Source: Candidatus Dormiibacterota bacterium
GTDB lineage: Bacteria; Chloroflexota; Dormibacteria; Aeolococcales; Aeolococcaceae
DNA: 64,000 nt
Direction of reading: 5' to 3'
Assembly (NCBI GenBank): GCA_963697085.1
Contig: CAVOMR010000002.1
Span: 336,070 to 400,069 of the forward strand
Below, one piece after another: positions 27,444 to 36,411 of this stretch. The notes beneath the pieces were generated by a model that had not been told where the DNA came from, made no database searches, and saw nothing but the letters and a program-made list of their open reading frames with translations. Position 1 is the first letter of the stretch; the number at the start of each line of letters is the position of its first letter. The translations under genes and the position numbers were made by a program.

Positions 27444-28433
27444 GTGCGTGAGGCCAAGGCGCCGCCGAGTGATGTGCCCGTGGCCGGCAACGCCCCGGCC
27501 GCACTGCGGGTCGACCATCTGACCAAGCGCTTTGGCGGCCGCTCGGCGTTCGAGGATGTGACCTTCAGCGTCGCGCCCGGCGAGGTCTTCGGGTTCCTCG
27601 GCCCAAACGGCGCGGGCAAGACGACGACCGTCCGGACACTCGGGACGCTCATCGCGCCGACGTCGGGTTCGGCGGTTGTCGCGGGCATCCCGCTCAGCGC
27701 CGACAACGGCTCCGAGATTCGTCAGCGCATCTCGATCATGCCGGAGAATCCCGGCCTCTACCTGCGCCTGACGGTCGTCGAGAACCTCCAGTTCTTTGCC
27801 AGCCTGTATGGCCAGCGCAGTCCCCGAGCCCGGATCGACGCTGCGCTCGAGGCCGTCAACCTGACCGCCCGCGGCCGCGACCTCTGCGGCAGCCTCTCCA
27901 AAGGCCTGCGACAGCGCGTCGGGCTGGCTCGCGCGCTGCTCAACGACCCGACGGTGATGTTTCTGGATGAGCCGACGTCGGGGCTGGATCCGGTGGCCGC
28001 CCGTGAGGTCCACGACCTGATCAACGGACTGCGCGAACGCGGCGTCACCGTCTTTCTCACCACGCACCGACTGGAGGAGGCGGAGCGCCTCTGCGATCGC
28101 GTCGCCATTCTCAACACAACGCTGCGCTCCGTTGGACGCCCCGAGGAATTGCGTGAGACCCTGTTCAGCAGGTCACTGGTCGTCGAAACGGCCGCACCGC
28201 TTGACGCGGCCGGCAGCGTCTTCGCCCCCGCAACGGGCGTCGAGGGCTGGCATGCGCAGGGCGCGTCGGTCTACGTGTTGGCTGTCGACGACCCGCGGGC
28301 TGTCGCACCGAAGGTGGTTCGAGCGCTCGTCGCCGCCGGCGCCGACATCGTGTCGGTCGCGGAATCGCGGCACTCCCTGGAGGACGTCTATCTGCAGCTC
28401 GTCAACGAGGACACCGAGGTGCGAGGCCAGTGA
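27444..28433 (+). CDS. ABC transporter ATP-binding protein (ABC-2/DrrA-like)
   Basis: GTG start. Walker A GPNGAGKTT, signature LSKGLRQR, Walker B MFLDEPTSGLD. Confidence 0.95.
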   Translation: MREAKAPPSDVPVAGNAPAALRVDHLTKRFGGRSAFEDVTFSVAPGEVFGFLGPNGAGKTTTVRTLGTLIAPTSGSAVVAGIPLSADNGSEIRQRISIMPENPGLYLRLTVVENLQFFASLYGQRSPRARIDAALEAVNLTARGRDLCGSLSKGLRQRVGLARALLNDPTVMFLDEPTSGLDPVAAREVHDLINGLRERGVTVFLTTHRLEEAERLCDRVAILNTTLRSVGRPEELRETLFSRSLVVETAAPLDAAGSVFAPATGVEGWHAQGASVYVLAVDDPRAVAPKVVRALVAAGADIVSVAESRHSLEDVYLQLVNEDTEVRGQ

Positions 28434-29212
28434 ACATCGATATGGGTCGAATCGCGGGGGTGGTGCTCAAGGAGCTGCGCGAGTATCGCCGCAGCCCGTT
28501 CATCGTCGGGACGATGAGCTTTCTCCCGCTCGTCTTTCTCGTCGAGCCTCTCATCATCATCTTCAAGCTTGGAGCCTCAATCCCCGCATCGGCTGTCGAC
28601 AAGTCGGTGAGTGCCACCTTCCTGCTGCTGCTCATCACGCCGGTCCTGATCCCCGCCGTCCTGGCCGCGTACTCGGTGGTCGGCGAGCGCGAGCAGGGAA
28701 CGCTCGAGCCGTTGCTGACGACGCCCGTGCGCCGCGAGGAATTGCTCCTGGGCAAGGCGTTGGGAGTGGTCGTTCCCACCGTGGTGATCGCTTATCTCGT
28801 CTTCGCCGTCGTCGAGCTGAGCGCGCACCTCTTCGCCAGCAATCCCGAGGTCGTGGTGGACCTGTCGTCGGGCCCGCACGTGCTCGCGGAGATCCTGTTT
28901 GCCCCGCTGCTCGCGACCTGGTCGATCTGGGTTGGGATGGCCATCTCGACGCGCGCGAGCGAGGTGCGTGTCGCTCAACAGCTGGGCACGCTCGCAAGCC
29001 TCCCCGCACTTGGAGTGGTGGCCCTGGTGTCGTTCAATGTCTTCACGCCGAGCTTCAAGGTTTCGCTGGCGTTTGCGGTTGGACTGCTCGTGGCGGATAT
29101 CGCGATGTGGCGTCTGGTGTCGGCGATGTTCGACCGCGAGCGGCTCATCACGGGCGCCCGGGCTCTCCGTTCATCAGGGGCTGAGGTCAGCCACCCCTCA
29201 CCGCCCTCCTAG
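28430..29212 (+). CDS. ABC-2 type transporter permease
   Basis: GTGA-type 4-nt overlap with the ATPase gene. 260 aa, 6 TM segments. Confidence 0.85.
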   Translation: MNIDMGRIAGVVLKELREYRRSPFIVGTMSFLPLVFLVEPLIIIFKLGASIPASAVDKSVSATFLLLLITPVLIPAVLAAYSVVGEREQGTLEPLLTTPVRREELLLGKALGVVVPTVVIAYLVFAVVELSAHLFASNPEVVVDLSSGPHVLAEILFAPLLATWSIWVGMAISTRASEVRVAQQLGTLASLPALGVVALVSFNVFTPSFKVSLAFAVGLLVADIAMWRLVSAMFDRERLITGARALRSSGAEVSHPSPPS

Positions 29213-29345
29213 GATCGGGCCCCATCAAGGGGGTCTCGCCTCACCACATCGGAGCGTGTGGGACTTTCGGCACGTTCTCGACGGACCAGCGCCATGCGAA
29301 ACGCACGACCTCCTGCTCTATCGACCATACGTCGAATCGGAAACG

Positions 29346-29702
29346 ATGGAGGTCAGCGGCGCCGGAAGCCCGATCGCTGCGGATGTACCCGACTACGGAG
29401 GATCAGCGATGCACTCGATGGTTGACGCCGCCCCTCGCACGGTTCGCCTCTCGCTCGCCTACACCGAGCACGACGTCGATGCCATCGCCGAAAAGGTGGG
29501 CTTCCCGGTGACGGAGAGCGACGCGGCCGCCATCCTCGATCACGTGAATCGCGAGCTCTACAGCGTTGCGCGGGCGGGTGCTGTCGCGGCTGTCGACGCG
29601 CGGATCGCCGACCTCGTCCGGACCGTTCGGGACGCCCACGTTGCCCCGCGCAGCGCGCCTTCCCCGGACTCGCCATGGCCTCGTCAACTCTCCAGGTGCT
29701 GA
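29346..29702 (+). CDS. Hypothetical protein (about 118 aa)
   Basis: Tail of ORF 28899..29702 starting at ATG 29346. Plausible composition (LAYTEHDVDAIAEKVGFPVTESDAAAILDHVNRELYSV). No RBS checked. Confidence 0.3.
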   Translation: MEVSGAGSPIAADVPDYGGSAMHSMVDAAPRTVRLSLAYTEHDVDAIAEKVGFPVTESDAAAILDHVNRELYSVARAGAVAAVDARIADLVRTVRDAHVAPRSAPSPDSPWPRQLSRC

Positions 29703-29711
29703 CTGACCGAT

Positions 29712-31094
29712 CTACCGGCGAGCCCGGCTGCGAGCACGGCGTTTCTTTGCGGCATACATCGCCGCATCCGCCCTGGTGACCGCTGAACTCAGCAGCTCCC
29801 CGTCCAGGGCGGTGGCAGCGCCAAACGAAATCGTGAGACCGGTGTCCGCGTTGGCCCGAATCCGTCTCACGGCTGCACGTACGCGAGAGAGATAGCGTGC
29901 CGCGCCGTCTTCATCGGTCTCCGGCATGAGGATCAGCAACTCGTCGCCGCCCACGCGAGCCACGGTGTCGGAACCCCGTGCCAACCGTCGCAGCAGGTCC
30001 GCCGCTTCGCGGATGAGACGGTCTCCGGACTCGTGTCCGAAGCGGTCGTTGACGGCTTTGAGATTGTCGAGATCCGCACTCACGATGCTCACCGGATGCG
30101 CATATCGGGCGACACGCGCCTGCTCGGCGGCCAGGTGATCCTCCCATCCCGCACGATTCTCCAACCCGGTGAGCGGGTCGATCCGCGCCTCGCGGGCGAA
30201 CTGGTCGCGTTGTGCCGCCAACTCTTCGCGCGAGATGGCCTGCACGAGGAGTGAGTCGGCGACTTCGGCAAGTGCGTACCCGATCCGCTGGCAGAGGTTG
30301 GTGAAACCGCGCGCGCGTGTCGCGGCATGTGCCACAACGAGGACGCCGAACGGTGCCGGACGCCCGATCGGCAATGCGAACCGTGCCACCAGCCCCTGCT
30401 CCCGCCCCAGCGCATCACCCGCGGCGGCGTCGAGGTCGAGTTCCAGCACTGCGCCGTGCTCGGTCCGCGCGAACAGCTCGACAAGAGTGTGTCTGATCGC
30501 GTCAGCGTTGAGACGCGCAGGCCAGTCACGCGTGACCACCTCCGCGACGAGCCCACCGTCGTGGCGGACAAGCACCGCACCGACCTCGCACGAGAGCGGC
30601 TCCGCCGCCTTGCCGGCGATGTGGCGCGCTGTGGCGACCACGCTTTCCGGGCGGTACTCGATGAGATCCCGGATGGCGTGCACCACCTCCAGCTCGTCGG
30701 CGAGCAGCTTCGCCGGCGACACCTGCTGGAGATCGGCGACGAGATGCGCGGCGTTCGGCACCAGGGTCGCATCAGGGTCGGGAAGTGGGGCGTCGCTTCC
30801 GAAGACGACGAGGTGTTCGCCGCCGACCGGGACCAGCACCGCGTGCTTCGCCCAGTACGGCCCGATGACACGCAGCGGCTCGTCGCCGGCGCTGTCGACG
30901 CGAGCCGGACGGCTTGAACTGTGCACCCGTCGAGCAAGCGGCTCTTGGTCCAACGGCAGCTCGACGACCCCGGCCCAACCCGCACCGCGCCCGGTACCGC
31001 CAACGAGGCTCCACCCGGTCGGCGACAGCTCGAAGATCAGCGCGTCCCGTGCGGGCGACCCCGGTTGTCCAGGCCCACCGCCGCGACGCTCCAT
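29712..31094 (-). CDS. GAF-like sensor + GGDEF-domain protein with variant GGDEL signature
   Basis: 460 aa. RIDPLTGLENR...DLDNLKAVNDRFGHESGD...RGSDTVARVGGDELLIL. An RxxD I-site-like RGSD lies 5 aa upstream of the signature. Confidence 0.85.
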   Translation of the reverse strand: MERRGGGPGQPGSPARDALIFELSPTGWSLVGGTGRGAGWAGVVELPLDQEPLARRVHSSSRPARVDSAGDEPLRVIGPYWAKHAVLVPVGGEHLVVFGSDAPLPDPDATLVPNAAHLVADLQQVSPAKLLADELEVVHAIRDLIEYRPESVVATARHIAGKAAEPLSCEVGAVLVRHDGGLVAEVVTRDWPARLNADAIRHTLVELFARTEHGAVLELDLDAAAGDALGREQGLVARFALPIGRPAPFGVLVVAHAATRARGFTNLCQRIGYALAEVADSLLVQAISREELAAQRDQFAREARIDPLTGLENRAGWEDHLAAEQARVARYAHPVSIVSADLDNLKAVNDRFGHESGDRLIREAADLLRRLARGSDTVARVGGDELLILMPETDEDGAARYLSRVRAAVRRIRANADTGLTISFGAATALDGELLSSAVTRADAAMYAAKKRRARSRARR

Positions 31095-31924
31095 CAGCGG
31101 ACCTCGCGTCGCGATGCTCGGCCGGTGAGGCGAACGTCCGTCTCCGGGTCGGCATCCTGCAGTGCGGCGAGTGCGTCACGCAACGCGGTGGCAAGTCGCG
31201 TTCCCTCAGGTTCGGACAGCGACCCCGGGCGGAGGGAACCGTCACGCGGGCGAGGCTGCTCCGACGAGAGCCGGGGATCCCAGGCTCCCGCCCAGGCAGG
31301 CGCATCGGCGCCGCGCTCCCACACGGCCGGGGGGTCGGCCGTCCGGAGGTTGAACCGGTAGCGGTTGCCGAAGTGGTCGCCGCAGTACGCGACGAGGTTG
31401 GCGGCCGGATGGTCACTCACCACTGCCGCGCCGGGATCGAGGTAGCCATGCGCCTCACCAACAAAGAGCATGTTCTGGGAGGGTCCGGGCTCGAAGATGT
31501 CGCCGGGCGCGAGATGGAGGGCTCCTGAGAAGCCGTTCGCCTCGGCGCCTGCCGAGCGGTAGACCTCGCCACCGGCGAGCATCCACACGACGAAGTGGAG
31601 GGCCGGCCCGTTGCCCACGTTGCGAACCCGAACAGCCGCCCAGGGTTGCTCGCGGATGCCGAGTGGGGGCTCATCAAGCAGGATCAGCAGTGGCATCGCG
31701 GCGAACTCCCGATCCTCGTGCGCCTGCGCTGCCAGTGCTCGCGCCCCTTCGGTGTGTTGTGCGGTCGCCTCCAGCAACGCCGCGTTGCCCTCCTCGAGAA
31801 GCCTGAGCGTGGCGTCGATACGGTGGTTGCGACGCAATGAAAGGATGCCTGTGATCACGAACACGACCAGAACGAGCACCACGGCCGCCGCCGTAACCGT
31901 CTGAGCGACAAGGCTCCAATCCAT
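31094..31924 (-). CDS. Membrane-anchored hypothetical protein coupled to the GGDEL gene
   Basis: 276 aa with one N-terminal TM. Its stop shares nt 31094 with the start codon of the GGDEL gene. No family recognised. Confidence 0.6.
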   Translation of the reverse strand: MDWSLVAQTVTAAAVVLVLVVFVITGILSLRRNHRIDATLRLLEEGNAALLEATAQHTEGARALAAQAHEDREFAAMPLLILLDEPPLGIREQPWAAVRVRNVGNGPALHFVVWMLAGGEVYRSAGAEANGFSGALHLAPGDIFEPGPSQNMLFVGEAHGYLDPGAAVVSDHPAANLVAYCGDHFGNRYRFNLRTADPPAVWERGADAPAWAGAWDPRLSSEQPRPRDGSLRPGSLSEPEGTRLATALRDALAALQDADPETDVRLTGRASRREVR

Positions 31925-32072
31925 GTGCTCGGAGTCTATTCACTCGTCGAACGTTTGTTGGATATCGAGCACGATCAGGATTCGCCCGGGGCGCTCCGTG
32001 GCAGGCGTGGTTATCCAGGTTCTAACATCCGGTTCACGGGGGCCGCTCAGCCACGACGCCGATCGATCACGG

Positions 32073-32091
32073 GCATCCGTGACACGGATGC
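32073..32091. promoter_or_regulatory. Perfect 9-1-9 palindrome GCATCCGTG-A-CACGGATGC
   Basis: Read directly from the sequence. Lies in the divergent intergenic region, about 70 nt upstream of the zinc-ribbon ORF. Confidence 0.4.
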
Positions 32092-32159
32092 AATATCTGC
32101 GGAAAGGTTGAGTTGTAGTTTGTCGGCACCCACAGCGCGTCAGCACGGGGTGGTGAATC

Positions 32160-32357
32160 ATGGGCAATGGCGAAATCCTCGAGTGCCCGGAGTGCAGATC
32201 GAACGAGGTGGTCGTGCACAAGCCGAGTGCGACCGCCCTCAGCGCCACGACGCGGACGGTCGTTTCGGGCTACGAGTGCGTCGAGTGCGGCTGCCGTTGG
32301 GCGCCCGAGGTGGAGTTGACGGGGCAGGCCGTCCAACCGGTGAAGCGGCACTCCTGA
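32160..32357 (+). CDS. Small zinc-ribbon protein (CPEC...CVECGC)
   Basis: 65 aa with two CxxC pairs. Confidence 0.5.
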   Translation: MGNGEILECPECRSNEVVVHKPSATALSATTRTVVSGYECVECGCRWAPEVELTGQAVQPVKRHS

Positions 32358-32417
32358 CCCATTCGGCGGGAAGGTCACGGGCGAAGATGTTAGCCCGGGT
32401 GTCACATATCAGGAAAA

Positions 32418-32450
32418 TGGCTCACTGACTTTTCCAAGTATTGGCTCACT
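32418..32450 (+). promoter_or_regulatory. Direct repeat TGGCTCACT x2 (24-nt register) in an AT-rich patch upstream of the S8 protease
   Basis: Copies at 32418..32426 and 32442..32450. The surrounding 32400..32470 is visibly AT-richer than the rest of the window. Confidence 0.35.
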
Positions 32451-32548
32451 TGCTTCTTCCGGTTCAGTTGAGGTAGCTTCCTCGGTTATCGATCGCGGCC
32501 GGTACACCGACGCGAGGGAGCCAGAGAGGCCGGAATGGAGGCAGCACA

Positions 32549-35500
32549 ATGTCCATGACCGCCCGTAAGGTTGCTGTTGTTCTTGGCGCGGCCGCGCTCG
32601 CAGTCACGGGGGTGACCGGCGCCGGCTGGGGTTCGGCTGTTCGCGCGAGTGGGGCGGCACCGAGCTTTGCTCCGCTGAGTCCGAGCCAGGTGAGAGCCAA
32701 CTCCTCCGGCAAGCGAGAGGTCATGGTCGTCGTGTTCGACGACCAGCTCACCAACCTGCCGGCGAACGCCATTCACCGGAACGCCCGGAAGGCGACCGCC
32801 TCGTCGATGCAGGCTCCGCTCGTCCGCCAGCTGAAGCAGGTCGGCGCGACGCACATCACGACCCTTTCGCTGCTCAATGCTGTTGCGGCAACCATGCCGG
32901 CAGCCGAGGCACAGGCACTGAGCCGTACCCCGGGCGTCAAGGAGGTCGTCCCTGACGGAACGATCATCATCGGGGACGGCACGTCGAACACCAAGACGGT
33001 GGCTGCCTCCCGGGTGCAGGCGTCGGCGATCCCGGCAACTGCGGCCGGCGCGCAGCAAATCTGCAGCTCATCTCCCAGTAACCCGCTGGTGGAGCCCGAA
33101 GCACTCACCAGCATCCACGACGCATCCAACAACCCGAACGACCCCAACGAGGCGGCCTCAATCGCGACCGGGAAAGGCGTCCTTGTCGGGAACGTCGACG
33201 CTGACACGCTTGCAGGGAACCGCAACCTGATCCGTCCCAACGGGCAGCACGTGATCATCGATGCCCCGGACCCGAACGAGAACGTCTTCAGCGACGAGTT
33301 CAACGGAGACGTCTCCACTATCGCCGCTCAGGGCACGGTCAAGTACCACTACGCAGCGCAGCTGCCCTTCTCGAGCATCCCTGCGAACTGCACCTTTGTC
33401 ATCGAGGGTGACGCCACCGGCGCTTCGCTGATCACCACCGGTTTCTTCACCGACACCAACTCGTCGGGTCAGATCGTGGCTCCAGAGTCGCAGGTCATCG
33501 CCGGCCTGCAGCAGGCGGTGAGCGAGAACGTCAATGTCGTATCCGAGTCCTATGGGTATACCCAGCTGCCGGGTGCCAATGACGACCTGCTCGCCCCGAC
33601 GAACGACGCGATGGTTGCAGCGGGGGTCGTCGTCGTCGAAAGCGCGGGCGACAGCGGTTCGTCCGGCACGGTCGAGGCTCCCGCGGATGACCCCCTCGTC
33701 ATCGATGCTGCGGGGACGAACGACCTCAGGCTCCTCGCCCAGGCCGATGGCTATACGAACGGATGGGAAGACGACAACATGACCACTCTGTCGTCGGGCG
33801 GTACCGCTCCCAACGGCGCGGTGGTTGACCTGGCGGCCCCGGGCTACCTGGCGCTCGCTGTCGCTGGTAAGGGTCAGGATCCGCCACTCCCGACCGAGGC
33901 CTTTGGTGGCACCAGTCAGTCCGCCCCCTTCATCTCCGGCGCCGCCGCCGACGTGATCCAGGCCTACCGTGACACCCATAACAGTGCCACCCCGACGCCT
34001 GCCCAGGTGAAGGAGATCCTCACCAGCACGGCAACTGACATCGGAGCTGACGCAGACCAGCAGGGTGCAGGCCTCCTGAACGTGTATGCAGCAGTGCTGG
34101 CCGCTCGCCAGATGCCCGGCACCACAGCGGGAGCCTCGAACACTCCGGAACTGGTGAACAACCCCACCCAGCTCGATGTCCAGGGCGCGGGCGGATCGAC
34201 AACTCACCAATCCGTGTCGCTGTACAACGCCTCCTCCCAGAGTGAGACGGTCACCGGCACCTACCGGGTGCTTGGAAACGAGCGGACGCTCGGCAGCCCC
34301 GTCACCGAGACCGTCAGCGCCCCGTCGCCCAGCGCCCCGGTTCCCGCGCAGGGTGCTACCGCCGCGCCGCCGATCACGTTCAACGTGCCGAAGGGCGTCG
34401 ACGTCCTCGATGCCGACATGCGCTGGCCGGACCCGACCAACGGCGACGACAACATCCTCACGTTCATCCTGACCGACCCGGCCGGGAGGTTGGCCCAGTC
34501 GTCCTACGACTACGGCGCCTCCAACTTCGTTCCGTGTCCGGGCGGAGGCTGCAGCCCCGACATCCAGCACAGCACGGTCGAGCATCCTATGGCCGGGAAA
34601 TGGACGGCCCAGATCCTGTGGGCCAATGGCCGCGGACACGTGCAGAGTCCGCCGGACGTCCCAGGGTCCTACACCGGGACCGTGACATTCCAGGCCGGCG
34701 GCCAGAACTTCACGATAAACCGTGCGTCCGCGCCGGTCACTATCGCGCCGCACAGCTCGGCGAGCGTGTCCCTCAGCATCAAGCTGCCCGCGGCAGCCGG
34801 CGATGCCCCCGAGTCGGTGGACTTCACGGGCGCCAACGGACTCTGGAGCTCTGTGCCGATCGCCCGTCGTACGCTCATCCACTCGAGGGGTGGCTCGTTC
34901 AGTGCCACGCTGACCAGCTCGGTGTCTCGCGGTGCCGGCCAGATCAAGACGTTCTACGTGAAGGTGCCGAAAGGTGAGAAGGATCTCGACGTAACGTTCG
35001 TCGCGCCGGACCACGCCGTCAACGATCCGGTCTACTACTACCTCTTCTCGCCGGCCGACCTCGAGCCTTCGGTCACCGAGGCCGGGTTCATCGAAGTCAC
35101 TGCGGTCGACACGACACCGACGCCCGACAACGCGACCGGCAACGCCTCGCTCATCGCCCCGGATCCCCAGGCGGGTTTCTGGGAGATCGACGTGATGCAG
35201 GGCGCCACGACCGACGGGACGCGGTTCTCCCAGATCGTCACCGGCGTCGTCACATATGACCAGCTGGCACCGGTCACCGAACACGGTCTTCCGACGTCGA
35301 CGTCGAGGGTCATCCACCCCAGTGCTCTCATCCCGATCACGGTGACGGTCACGAACACGACGAACCACGTCGGGCTCTTCGAACTGCTACCGACGGGCGC
35401 CGACATTCTTGGCTTCAACGTCAGCACACCGCTGGAGCTGGAGCCCGGAGCCACGGGGACACTGAGGGCAACGCTGCAGCCTACGCAAGCTGCGGGCACC

Positions 35501-35626
35501 AAGGTGCATGGATTCCTCAGCGTCATCAACTCGACGGACTGGGGAGTCTCTGACCCGGCCATCGGCGTCCTGGCGTCGTTCTCTGACTTCCACGACTTTG
35601 CCTACGCGTACACGGTCGGGACCTAG
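32549..35626 (+). CDS. Secreted S8 (subtilisin-like) serine peptidase, 1025 aa, with I9-like propeptide and long C-terminal beta-rich region
   Basis: Signal peptide MSMTARKVAVVLGAAALAVTGVTGAG. Propeptide-like 60-140. Catalytic Ser motif GGTSQSAPFISGAAA. Confidence 0.9.
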   Translation: MSMTARKVAVVLGAAALAVTGVTGAGWGSAVRASGAAPSFAPLSPSQVRANSSGKREVMVVVFDDQLTNLPANAIHRNARKATASSMQAPLVRQLKQVGATHITTLSLLNAVAATMPAAEAQALSRTPGVKEVVPDGTIIIGDGTSNTKTVAASRVQASAIPATAAGAQQICSSSPSNPLVEPEALTSIHDASNNPNDPNEAASIATGKGVLVGNVDADTLAGNRNLIRPNGQHVIIDAPDPNENVFSDEFNGDVSTIAAQGTVKYHYAAQLPFSSIPANCTFVIEGDATGASLITTGFFTDTNSSGQIVAPESQVIAGLQQAVSENVNVVSESYGYTQLPGANDDLLAPTNDAMVAAGVVVVESAGDSGSSGTVEAPADDPLVIDAAGTNDLRLLAQADGYTNGWEDDNMTTLSSGGTAPNGAVVDLAAPGYLALAVAGKGQDPPLPTEAFGGTSQSAPFISGAAADVIQAYRDTHNSATPTPAQVKEILTSTATDIGADADQQGAGLLNVYAAVLAARQMPGTTAGASNTPELVNNPTQLDVQGAGGSTTHQSVSLYNASSQSETVTGTYRVLGNERTLGSPVTETVSAPSPSAPVPAQGATAAPPITFNVPKGVDVLDADMRWPDPTNGDDNILTFILTDPAGRLAQSSYDYGASNFVPCPGGGCSPDIQHSTVEHPMAGKWTAQILWANGRGHVQSPPDVPGSYTGTVTFQAGGQNFTINRASAPVTIAPHSSASVSLSIKLPAAAGDAPESVDFTGANGLWSSVPIARRTLIHSRGGSFSATLTSSVSRGAGQIKTFYVKVPKGEKDLDVTFVAPDHAVNDPVYYYLFSPADLEPSVTEAGFIEVTAVDTTPTPDNATGNASLIAPDPQAGFWEIDVMQGATTDGTRFSQIVTGVVTYDQLAPVTEHGLPTSTSRVIHPSALIPITVTVTNTTNHVGLFELLPTGADILGFNVSTPLELEPGATGTLRATLQPTQAAGTKVHGFLSVINSTDWGVSDPAIGVLASFSDFHDFAYAYTVGT

Positions 35627-35665
35627 CTCGAGCGGCTGGCACTCTCCACGCCGACACGGCGCTGG

Positions 35666-35682
35666 CTCGTCGCTCCGACGAG
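35666..35682 (+). terminator. Hairpin CTCGTCG-CTC-CGACGAG 40 nt after the S8 stop
   Basis: Perfect 7-bp stem, no U-tract. Confidence 0.35.
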
Positions 35683-35790
35683 TCAGCGCCCGCGCCGGGT
35701 TCGTCCAATCGACCTCGAGAGCGTGCAGGTTTCCTGGCACCTACACGAGGGCCTCGTGTCCTCGGGGGCGCGGCGTCGCCGCTGCGGGGC

Positions 35791-36150
35791 TCAGATGATC
35801 GGGCTGGGCCCGACGTCCCCACTGCCGGCGGGCAGATGCGCGCGATTGCGTATCAATCGCTCCACCGCATCGGGATCGTCTGGCGTGACGAAGGGGCGGA
35901 TGTGGCGCCCCAGATCAAGGATGAGGCCCACACGTTTGCGCGGCCGCTGTGGATCCAGGTTCGCCCAGTAGCCTGGGTTGGTCGTACCCCAGATCCGCCA
36001 CATGCCCCGCAGGGTGGAAAGCTCGACACGACGCACGCCACGGATCGATGCATACCGGATGCGTTTGGTTCCCCAGGGAAAGTAGTAGGCGCGCAGACGC
36101 ACATCGTTGGCAGTGCATGCGACCCATCGGTCCCTGTAGTCGATGCTCAT
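35791..36150 (-). CDS. Conserved hypothetical protein (119 aa)
   Basis: Internal ATG at 36150 (MSIDYRDRWVACTANDVRLRAYYFPWG...). Trp/Arg-rich but structured composition. Confidence 0.55.
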   Translation of the reverse strand: MSIDYRDRWVACTANDVRLRAYYFPWGTKRIRYASIRGVRRVELSTLRGMWRIWGTTNPGYWANLDPQRPRKRVGLILDLGRHIRPFVTPDDPDAVERLIRNRAHLPAGSGDVGPSPII

Positions 36151-36202
36151 GTGTGTTCGGAGTGGGCAGCTTCTTGACCTGTTTATTGTCAGACTACAGG
36201 CG

Positions 36203-36367
36203 GTGAACAAGGAATGGCATGCGGCGCATCAGATGCCCGTACGGGCGACGCGTGAGCAGCGGATCATCTGGCACATGGAGCACGCGCAACAGTGTGGTTG
36301 TCGGCCCGTACCGCAATCAATCGCAGATGAGGTCGCGCGACGTGCAGCGGAGCGTCGGAAGCACTGA
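36203..36367 (+). CDS. Small conserved protein (54 aa; VNKEWHAAHQMP...HAQQCGCRPVP)
   Basis: GTG at 36203. The motif resembles a widespread small-protein family that I recall but cannot name. Confidence 0.45.
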   Translation: MNKEWHAAHQMPVRATREQRIIWHMEHAQQCGCRPVPQSIADEVARRAAERRKH

Positions 36368-36411
36368 GCGTGCGCGCGTGTCAACCGCGCATGCAAGTGC
36401 TCCGCGTGACA

